IMG/VR virus record: IMGVR_UViG_2518645623_000001
Location: 1 to 43,022 of that record
Origin: a virus
DNA: 43,022 nt
Direction: 5' to 3' (one strand)
The translations under genes were made by a program, and so were the position numbers. Of this stretch, positions 9,001-15,028 are shown piece after piece. Position 1 is the first letter of the stretch. Each line of letters starts with the position of its first letter. The notes under the pieces were generated by a model. It was not told the origin of the DNA. It made no database searches and saw only the letters and a program-made list of their open reading frames with translations.

Positions 9001-10295
9001 AGCCCGCGGCCCATCCCGCGCAGAGCGGGCTGGATGAACTGCGTCCACGCCGTCCACACCGCGCCCTGCACGCCCTTCCACGCGGCGTCGACGATGCGGC
9101 GGAAGGTCTCCGAGTGCTTGTAGGCCAGGACCAGCCCGGTCACCAGTCCGGCCACGGCCAGGACGACCAATCCGATCGGGTTGGCCGACAGCAGCACGTT
9201 CAGCGCGGTCTGCAGCGGGATCCAGATCCGCAGCGCCGCGGTCACCGCGACGAACGCGGTCGCCAGCGCGGTGACGACCGGCGGCGGCAACGCCGCCAGC
9301 ATGGCCGTGAACCCCTTGACCAGTTCTAGCGACAGCCCGCTCATCGGCGCGAACGCCGTGGCCAGGTTGACGACGATCTGGACCAGGTTCCCGAACGTCG
9401 TGGACAGGGCGGGCAGGTGGGCCCGCACGTAGTCCATGAACGCCGCGAAGCGTTCGGAGCCGCGCAGGCTCTGCCCCCACCGGGCGAACCGGGCGGTGAG
9501 GCTCTCCACGCCGCGGGCCATGCCGGGCGCGTGCGGCAGGAACGCGTCGACCACGCCGGCCAGTCCGGCGGCGACGTTGCGGACCGACCGCAGCAGCGGC
9601 GGCAGAACCTTGCGGGACGCGTCCTCCAGGCGGCCGAGGAACCGGTCCATCGACCGGGACTTGACGTCGCGGCCGAGCTGCCCCATGAAGTCGTGCAGCG
9701 AGTCGGCGGCCGAGGACACCAGCCCGCCGAGCTTGGGCATCAGGACGCGCAGCACGTTGATCCCGCGCGTGAACACCGGCATGGTGTCGGCCGACAGCGC
9801 GTCGGACCATTCGCGGTGCTCACGCTTGAGGCCCATCAGGGCCTTGGCCGTCTCCCGCGAGGCGGGTGACAGCTTGGCCAGCGCCGCGGCGTACTCGGCG
9901 CTGCCCTTCTCCGCCGCCTTGACCGCCTCACCGACCGCGCCCAACTGTGGCCCGGCGGCCGCGGCGAACGCGCCGACGGCGACACCGGCCGCGCCGAACG
10001 CGGCGACCATCGCGCCAGCGCCCGCGACGGCGGCCGCGGTAGCGGCCTGCGCGGCGGGTGCCACCGCGACCAGCCCGGCGACCAGCGCCGTCGTCCCGCT
10101 GGCCGCGCCGCGCAGCCGAGGGCCGACGGCCGAGGCGACGCGGCCCAGGCCCGAGAGCTTGCCCGACGTGCTGTCGGCGCGGCCGCCGAGGTGGTCCACG
10201 CGGTCCGCGGTACGGTCGGCGTCCCGCGCGACGCCGCGGAACGCCGCCGAGGTGCGGTTGTTGCCGATCAGGTTGAGCATCACCGAGCGGGCCAC
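6087..10295 (-). CDS. Tape measure protein with embedded NlpC/P60 (C40) peptidase domain
   Basis: 1402 aa. GTG at 10295 is preceded by GAGGGGGTGA. Has Ala/Gly-rich helical N-terminal and central hydrophobic segments. Peptidase motifs are GVPYVWGGTAWGRGLDCSGL ... HAGHTYLAS. Follows the G/GT chaperone pair. Confidence 0.95.
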   Translation of the reverse strand: MARSVMLNLIGNNRTSAAFRGVARDADRTADRVDHLGGRADSTSGKLSGLGRVASAVGPRLRGAASGTTALVAGLVAVAPAAQAATAAAVAGAGAMVAAFGAAGVAVGAFAAAAGPQLGAVGEAVKAAEKGSAEYAAALAKLSPASRETAKALMGLKREHREWSDALSADTMPVFTRGINVLRVLMPKLGGLVSSAADSLHDFMGQLGRDVKSRSMDRFLGRLEDASRKVLPPLLRSVRNVAAGLAGVVDAFLPHAPGMARGVESLTARFARWGQSLRGSERFAAFMDYVRAHLPALSTTFGNLVQIVVNLATAFAPMSGLSLELVKGFTAMLAALPPPVVTALATAFVAVTAALRIWIPLQTALNVLLSANPIGLVVLAVAGLVTGLVLAYKHSETFRRIVDAAWKGVQGAVWTAWTQFIQPALRGMGRGLRAVRDAWTEVWDNHLRGAVAEAGVWWRESLVPALDGIADALSGVADKAGSVAEKLGLVGSGFDGAKRGGNDFLSWSTLWGAAIGAAFMGPLGAIVGAVVGGFWPQLKQGFSDGWSNVRGGITGHYDWWKRQSATKGREIVTATGVMLAQLRERLFGGLPPLRASWSSLWNWMIGFTRNAKDVVLDVVHQLTSGVRTSTSRGVDAMKSAWSRLPGAVKIPVNWVIERGYNAGIRRLWNRVMSWLHLPGGLQLGEIPALERGGTLANPAPARPMKTRGAMAIVGEGRKAWPEYVIPTDPRYRDRARGLWAAAGGDLQMLERGGVLGDVLGGIKRAAGKILDVGRGGLALLDDPRRIWDQLTKTMVPDAGGLATDAWGTGMSRVPQALLAQAWTAADAIIRAFKDGFGGGGGAGGVVRAARTQIGVPYVWGGTAWGRGLDCSGLTQGAWLRGGKQQITRTTYTQRAHMKTIAGPRPGAVGQPHAGHTYLASRVQGGKVWVVEAQRTGTRISEHLLTRPTPWWGWPPGLATGGVLGRLITPVGRDLLGRRFVAGTDRDGLAKALGVAGDPGGILPGYGPLGAIRTATYDRGGLLQPGWTLAFNGTGVAEPVVAMAKGGLVPGTTPFSGPTTSRTARAKAGAALRSALPGALGDAGKLTAWFADLNKQIRAAFGGAAERSLLKWSSSIQKAMSAAAASASQVASQIAAAKEFAGSVTSAAKEFANLSGLSAKGTAGDIVAGLSDRAAALTGFDQQIAQLGRRGLNKSLLGQIIGMGAGEGSKVAAALLAGDQNTLNRANQQQLRIDSIATKLGLTSADAMFDSGAKASQGFLTGLYGRQAELNKLMDQLGGRLGAGVAKAFGLPAPGKKPALIPVTKPGPAPSKKPALIPGKIRIAKFDSGGMLLPGATLAINETRRPEPVFTSMDAAAQYAADGAPTIVIENLNVNHVPGYSTPQDLQHGIAQAERELRRHRRS

Positions 10296-10321
10296 GGCTC
10301 ACCCCCTCGGCGCCTGAACGG

Positions 10322-10995
10322 CTAGCCGTCCGGATCGTCGTCGTGGTCGTCAGCGCGTTGCGGGATGCTCGGGCGGCGCTCGGGCCTGGGCCGCTGCCCG
10401 CGGCCGCCGCCCCGCTGCCAGTTCCCCGCCTTGATCAGGTCGGCCAGGTCGGTCAGCCGCCACATCTCGGGCGACCACAGCGACGCCTCGCCGTTCACCG
10501 CCCGGAACGTCGCCGAGCTGCGGGGCAGATGGCAGATGAAGGAGATCAGGGCCCGGTGGGTGAGCCGCCCGGCGGGCGGCTCCCACAGGTCGGCGAGCCG
10601 GTAGCCGGGCCAGAGGGACCGAAGGTCGAAGTCGACGGCCTCGCCGAACTCGGTCAGGAGTCCGTAGAGGCCGGCGATTCCCCCGTGGTCGTGCCGCAGA
10701 ACGCGTCGTAGGCGTCCGACAGCTTCTGCAGCTGCGTGCCGCGCAGGCCGATCTTGCGCAGTTCCCGCCATTGGTCGTCGCCCAGGGCCAGGCGCAGCGA
10801 CGCCAGCGTCCCCCCGGCCTCACCGGCGGCCTCGACCGCCTCCATCATCTTGATCTGGTCGAGCGTCTCGCGGTGCGCCATCTCGAACCGCTGGCCGTCG
10901 TAGCGGAACCGGAACGGCCGCAGATCCTTCTCGACCCGGACCGAGTCCAGGTTGAAGTCGAACGGCTTGTCGTCAGGCGCCTTACTCATGATCAT
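10322..10995 (-). CDS. Tail assembly chaperone, frameshifted long form (GT-like, -1 shift near 10678..10684)
   Basis: ORF 10322..10771 is open in the -1 frame relative to 10654..10995. It overlaps that ORF's 3' end across a GGGGGAA run. The product continues HDHGGIAGLYGLLTEFGEAVDFDLRSLW... Confidence 0.6.
10654..10995 (-). CDS. Tail assembly chaperone (G-like short form)
   Basis: ATG at 10995 (MIMSKAPDDKPFDFNLDSVRVEKDLRPFRFRYDGQRFEM...), in an ATGA overlap with the upstream stop. Acidic small protein located between the tail tube and tape measure genes. Confidence 0.8.
   Translation of the reverse strand: MIMSKAPDDKPFDFNLDSVRVEKDLRPFRFRYDGQRFEMAHRETLDQIKMMEAVEAAGEAGGTLASLRLALGDDQWRELRKIGLRGTQLQKLSDAYDAFCGTTTGESPASTDS
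10678..10684 (-). promoter_or_regulatory. Candidate -1 programmed ribosomal frameshift slippery heptamer G_GGG_GAA
   Basis: Minus strand reads ACC ACG GGG GAA TCG in the G frame. A shift of -1 gives CAC GGG GGA ATC, which opens the 10322..10771 frame. Confidence 0.5.
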
Positions 10996-11498
10996 CCTCG
11001 CTCGATCTGTGCGGCGACCCCGTCCAGGATCGCCAGCAGCCGTTGTTGGGTGACGCGCTCGTAGGGCGCGGCGGTCGCGTAGAACCACGGAGTGGGTGCC
11101 TGCTGCACCCAGGTATCGGTCCCGAACACCGGGTGCCGCAGCCGCCCGAAGCCGGGCTCGTCGTTCAGGTAGGCGGGCAGGTTGTGCTGGCCCGGCGGCA
11201 TCCGCTTGGGGTTGATGCGCACGTTGACGCCGGCCCGGTCACCGCTGCTGCGGACCTGCGCCACGGTCGCGGTCGCCATCGCCCGCCGCAGCGACCGCCG
11301 TCCGCGCCGCGCGTTCTCGCCGCGCGAGGGCAACGCCAGCACGGCCGTCTTCTCGGCGGCGGCGAGCTGACGCGCGGCGTCCTTCATCTCGCGGACCATC
11401 TGCTGGCGGATCTCCTTGCCGCCCTCGATCTTGCGCAGGTCGCGGGCCAGGCGCCGCAGTTGCTCGGCGCCGTGGACCGCGAGCAGGTCCTGGTCCAC
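10992..11498 (-). CDS. Tail-associated structural protein of uncertain role
   Basis: 168-aa ORF with GTG at 11498 preceded by CCGGAG. Third positions are G/C-rich. Lies between the tail tube and chaperone genes. Contains RLRHPVFGTDTWVQQAPTPWFY. Confidence 0.7.
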   Translation of the reverse strand: MDQDLLAVHGAEQLRRLARDLRKIEGGKEIRQQMVREMKDAARQLAAAEKTAVLALPSRGENARRGRRSLRRAMATATVAQVRSSGDRAGVNVRINPKRMPPGQHNLPAYLNDEPGFGRLRHPVFGTDTWVQQAPTPWFYATAAPYERVTQQRLLAILDGVAAQIERG

Positions 11499-11524
11499 GA
11501 TCTACTCCGGACCCGGCTCGCCGG

Positions 11525-12013
11525 TCATGCGGGGATGACCAGGTTCTCGGCGGGCTCGTCGGTGATGTTGCAGTTGACCTGGATGGACGATGCCTCGGCG
11601 TCCAGGGTGACCGGCTTGCCCAGGCTGCCGATCCGCACCGGGTGCACGTCCATCGTCGGGTTTCCCGGGATGTCGCCGCCGTGCATCCACACCATGTTGC
11701 CGGGGGTGTCGCGCGGCAGCACCTGCCGGACGTCCTGCCCGTTGCGGTCCTGGTACATCGTGATGGACGAGTCCTCCGCACTCGTGCCGGCGGGGATCGA
11801 CCCGGTGAACTCGGTCGCCAGGTTCGGCGTCGGCGCGGCCTCGGACTCGATCTGCCAGCCCTCAGCGGACATGAGCTGCGGCGACAGGTCGATCCCGGCG
11901 TCGATCTCGGTGCGCGTCGGCGCCAGGATGTTCGCGATGAACGGCACCCAGTAGCACTTGGTGCGGCCCTTGGCGACGTAGCGGGTGTGCGGGTTCAGCG
12001 GCGGCGGCGCCAT
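11525..12013 (-). CDS. Major tail (tube) protein
   Basis: ATG at 12013 with a strong GGAGGAGAA site upstream. The N-terminal GRTKCYWVPFIANILAPTRTEIDAGIDL pattern is typical of actinophage major tail proteins. Lies upstream of the chaperones and tape measure. Confidence 0.8.
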   Translation of the reverse strand: MAPPPLNPHTRYVAKGRTKCYWVPFIANILAPTRTEIDAGIDLSPQLMSAEGWQIESEAAPTPNLATEFTGSIPAGTSAEDSSITMYQDRNGQDVRQVLPRDTPGNMVWMHGGDIPGNPTMDVHPVRIGSLGKPVTLDAEASSIQVNCNITDEPAENLVIPA

Positions 12014-12235
12014 CTACTTCTCCTCCGTGCTGCCGCGCCGAACGCGGCGCGGGCTGGGTGGGTCGTCCTGCGGGGCGGGCGGCAGGGCGGGCGGGGTGGT
12101 GACGATGGGCACGGCGGAGTCGGCCGGCACCCATCCGGAGCGGGCCAGGACACCGGCTGCGGACTCCGGCGCGTCGTAGTAGGCGTCGATCCCGGGGTGA
12201 TGCAGGCGAACGGTGTTCATGCGCTCGGTGTTCAT
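12014..12235 (-). CDS. Small hypothetical virion-module protein
   Basis: Last 73 codons of ORF 12014..13096 (MNTERMNTVRLHHPGIDAYYDAPE...). ATG at 12235 is in an ATGA overlap with the upstream stop. A 15-nt tandem duplication (12212..12226 and 12227..12241) duplicates the start context. Confidence 0.55.
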   Translation of the reverse strand: MNTERMNTVRLHHPGIDAYYDAPESAAGVLARSGWVPADSAVPIVTTPPALPPAPQDDPPSPRRVRRGSTEEK

Positions 12236-12744
12236 GCGCTGGCCCCCAGGATCACCACGTCGTAGGTGACGCCGGTGCCCGATCCGCCGTTGGCGACCTG
12301 CAGCACGTCGCCGGTGGAGGCGGTCACGGCGTAGGCGGTGGCGTCGGGCGCGACGAGCAGCAGCGCGCCGCCGGGCCGGACGTTGACCTTGTCGGAGGCG
12401 TCGCCGAACGGCGTCGCCCACGCGTTCGAGGCCGCGCCGCCGACCACGACGGCGTTGGTGTTGCTGGCCGAGGCCGCGATCATCAGCGCGCGGACGCGCG
12501 CGAAGGTGAGCACGGCGCCGAACGCGTCGGTCAGCACGCCCGCCAGGTCGAGGTTCTCCGACGCCGACGCGGCCAGGGTGCGGCGGTCGGAGAACACGCG
12601 GTCGGCCTGGCGGGCACCGGTGCCGGGCGCCAGCGGCCAGGATCGCGCGATCTGCATCTGGGCCGACGGCGGGCTGAAATCGTGGGCGCCGGTCAGCAGC
12701 GCCATCAGATCCAGCGCGACGCGACTGTTCACGGTCATGCGCAT
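12232..12744 (-). CDS. Virion structural protein (head-tail region), function unknown
   Basis: 170-aa ORF with G/C-rich third positions. AGGGAG abuts the ATG at 12744, so the ATG at 12738 is spaced better for initiation. Confidence 0.7.
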   Translation of the reverse strand: MRMTVNSRVALDLMALLTGAHDFSPPSAQMQIARSWPLAPGTGARQADRVFSDRRTLAASASENLDLAGVLTDAFGAVLTFARVRALMIAASASNTNAVVVGGAASNAWATPFGDASDKVNVRPGGALLLVAPDATAYAVTASTGDVLQVANGGSGTGVTYDVVILGASA

Positions 12745-12783
12745 CTCCCTGTGGATGGTGCGCCCGCAGCGGGCGCGGAGTGG

Positions 12784-13227
12784 TTACTGCTGGTAGCAGC
12801 CGACGCGTATCCGCTGCGTCAGGACGCTGGTCGCGCTGTCGTCGTCGGCGCCGTGGTCCAGGTCGCCGCCGACCACCGCGGCGTCCAGGACCCCGGGCTG
12901 ACCGCCCAGCGACGGATCGGCGTGGACCGCGGCGGCCAGGGCGGCGCCGAGCTCGGCGGCGCGCGCGTCGGTCTCCTCGACGGTGCCGCCGGGCCGGACG
13001 ATGACGATGTGCACGTCCATGACGAGCGCGACGTCCTCGCCGTTGGCGAGGCTGGCCGGCGAGGTCTCCCAGTCCATCGCGCCGCCGTGCACGCACTCGC
13101 GGTCCATCCGCCGTCCCGGCCAGGCGTAGGCGACCTGCACGCCGTCCAGGGGACCGCCGTCGGCGAGCGCGGCCGCGACGGCGATGACGGCGCGCTTGAC
13201 GGCGACGACGTCGACGCCGGGGATCAT
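12784..13227 (-). CDS. Head-tail connector/tail terminator-like protein
   Basis: 147-aa ORF. ATG at 13227 is in an ATGA overlap with the upstream stop. Assigned by position in the connector block. Confidence 0.7.
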   Translation of the reverse strand: MIPGVDVVAVKRAVIAVAAALADGGPLDGVQVAYAWPGRRMDRECVHGGAMDWETSPASLANGEDVALVMDVHIVIVRPGGTVEETDARAAELGAALAAAVHADPSLGGQPGVLDAAVVGGDLDHGADDDSATSVLTQRIRVGCYQQ

Positions 13228-14201
13228 CGGCGGCCGCCGTGGAACAGCGAGCCGCGCTGCGGGTCGTAGTCCATCGTCCGGGACGCGGCGACCTTGCGGC
13301 CGCCGGGCCCCGACGTCGACCGGCGCGAGTACCGCGCGTACACCGAGTCGACCGCCGGGATGCCGGTCTTGGTGGCGCCCGGCATGTCGAGCCGGTACGT
13401 CCCGCCTTCGGACGAGGTGAACGAGCTCGCCCGGTCAGGGATGCTGCTGCGCGGCTGGTGGACGCGGGCGCGGAACGCGACCAACGCCGCCCTGACGAGA
13501 TCCGGCGGCGGGGTGTCCAGGCCGTACTCGACGTCCAGGACGACGTTGCCGCGGCCGCGCGGCCAGACGTGGCCCGGCGGCCGCCGCACGGTGGCGTCGT
13601 CGCCGACGGTCAACGCCGCCAGCTCCCACGAGGGCAGCACGCGCGGGACCGCGCCCGGGTAGGCGGTGACGGTGCCGGCGACGATCCGGCGGACGTGCGC
13701 CATGGTGCGGCCCGGGTCCGGATGGGACAGCACCAGCTGCCCGTCCCCGGTCCCGTCGGCGACGATGCGAACGCCGCGCGGCACGAACGCGCGGTCGCAG
13801 ATCGCCTCGGCCTCGGCCTCGGTCTCCAGCCGCGCCCGCTCCAGCAGCCACGCCGGGTACCGGTCGACGTCGGCCAGGCTCTCGTCGCTGGTGCGTCCGG
13901 CGGCCAGGGTGAAGAAGAACGAGCCGGCCACCTCGACGTGCGTGGTCATCGTGATCGCCGAGCCGGTGACGTCGGCCGACCACGTGGCGGTGAGGACGCC
14001 GAGGTCGGGCTGGCCCGACAGCACAACGGAGTAGGTTCCCAGGGCCGTACGGGCGGCGGTCTCCTCGGCGAGGACGTCGCCGTCGGCGTCGGTGACGGTG
14101 ACGGTGACCGGCCCGTCGGCGTCGACCAGTTCCTCGCCGACTTCGAGTTGGTGCGTGAGCCGCGCGGGCAGGGTGCGCTGCACCCGGGCCAGTCCCATCA
14201 C
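13224..14201 (-). CDS. Head-tail connector/adaptor-like structural protein
   Basis: 325-aa ORF. Start is either GTG 14201 or ATG 14198, both overlapping the upstream TGA. Third positions are G/C-rich. Confidence 0.75.
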   Translation of the reverse strand: MMGLARVQRTLPARLTHQLEVGEELVDADGPVTVTVTDADGDVLAEETAARTALGTYSVVLSGQPDLGVLTATWSADVTGSAITMTTHVEVAGSFFFTLAAGRTSDESLADVDRYPAWLLERARLETEAEAEAICDRAFVPRGVRIVADGTGDGQLVLSHPDPGRTMAHVRRIVAGTVTAYPGAVPRVLPSWELAALTVGDDATVRRPPGHVWPRGRGNVVLDVEYGLDTPPPDLVRAALVAFRARVHQPRSSIPDRASSFTSSEGGTYRLDMPGATKTGIPAVDSVYARYSRRSTSGPGGRKVAASRTMDYDPQRGSLFHGGRR

Positions 14202-14485
14202 GCGATCCGGACACTGCCCTCGACCGCACCGGCCGTCACGTCGACGTAGATGCCGGTCGCGGCGCGGATGCCGCCGGGGTAGAACGTCGACGCCGTCTCA
14301 CCCGACGCGAGCTGCACGACGTCGAGCAGCACGCCAGCACCCGTCGCCGGGTTGTCCCAGATCTTGACGGTGGCGGCCTGCCCGCCGGTGGCGGTCAGGG
14401 CGTATCCGGCGTAGACGGCGCCGGTCGTGGACACGACCTGGTCGGCGCCGGTCACGCCCACGGCGGTGACCATCACGCGCCCCAT
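14198..14485 (-). CDS. Small structural protein (possible head decoration/accessory)
   Basis: Last 95 codons of ORF 14198..14809 (MGRVMVTAVGVTGADQVVSTTGAVYAGYALTATGG...). ATG at 14485 is in an ATGA overlap with the upstream stop. Confidence 0.65.
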   Translation of the reverse strand: MGRVMVTAVGVTGADQVVSTTGAVYAGYALTATGGQAATVKIWDNPATGAGVLLDVVQLASGETASTFYPGGIRAATGIYVDVTAGAVEGSVRIA

Positions 14486-14904
14486 CAGCCCAGCGACCGC
14501 AGCGTCAGCAGCACCGCGCCGCCGGGCAGCGCCAGACCCGTACCCGAGTGGGTCACCTCGACCGCCAGGACGTCGCCCTCGGCGACCTCCAAGTTCGCCG
14601 CGGTGCCCGAAAGCGTCAGCGTCTCCGGCGTCGAGAGCGCCCCGTTTCCCGAGGCGTAGGACCGGGCGGTCGCCCACTGCACCGACCCGGCGCCGGCGGC
14701 GCCCCGGTTGCGGAAGCTGAGGGTGGCGTAGTTGGTGGCGTGGGCGGTGATGGCGCCGCCGGGCACCCACCGGGCGGCGGCGATGCGGGCGCGGAACGGC
14801 GCGATCCACGCGCCGCCGACCGCCGAGCCGGCGGCCGCCGCCGGGACGGCGATCGTCACGGCGTGGTCGCCGCGGATCTCTCGCATCTGGGTCATCTGTG
14901 TCAT
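14485..14904 (-). CDS. Structural protein following the capsid gene, function unknown
   Basis: 139-aa ORF (MTQMTQMREIRGDHAVTIAVP...) with G/C-rich third positions. First gene after the capsid gene. Confidence 0.7.
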   Translation of the reverse strand: MTQMTQMREIRGDHAVTIAVPAAAAGSAVGGAWIAPFRARIAAARWVPGGAITAHATNYATLSFRNRGAAGAGSVQWATARSYASGNGALSTPETLTLSGTAANLEVAEGDVLAVEVTHSGTGLALPGGAVLLTLRSLG

Positions 14905-15028
14905 CTCCCTGAACAGGTCATTGGGACGAGTGGTCCGGTCCGGAGCGGTCCGGGATCGGTGGGGTCCGGTGGGGCCGCGCCCCCGGGGACGGCGAGGATG
15001 ACGGCCCCGGGGACACGGCGGCTCAGGG

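Noticed and set aside
5698-9810. Long alternative-frame ORFs over the tape measure region (5698..7707 -, 5943..8822 +, 7819..9810 -)
   Set aside because: These are typical GC-rich shadow frames. Their composition is extreme in Arg, Pro, Gly and Ala. They have no motifs and no sensible starts. They lie entirely inside the tape measure and Dit genes, which carry the proper third-position G/C bias.
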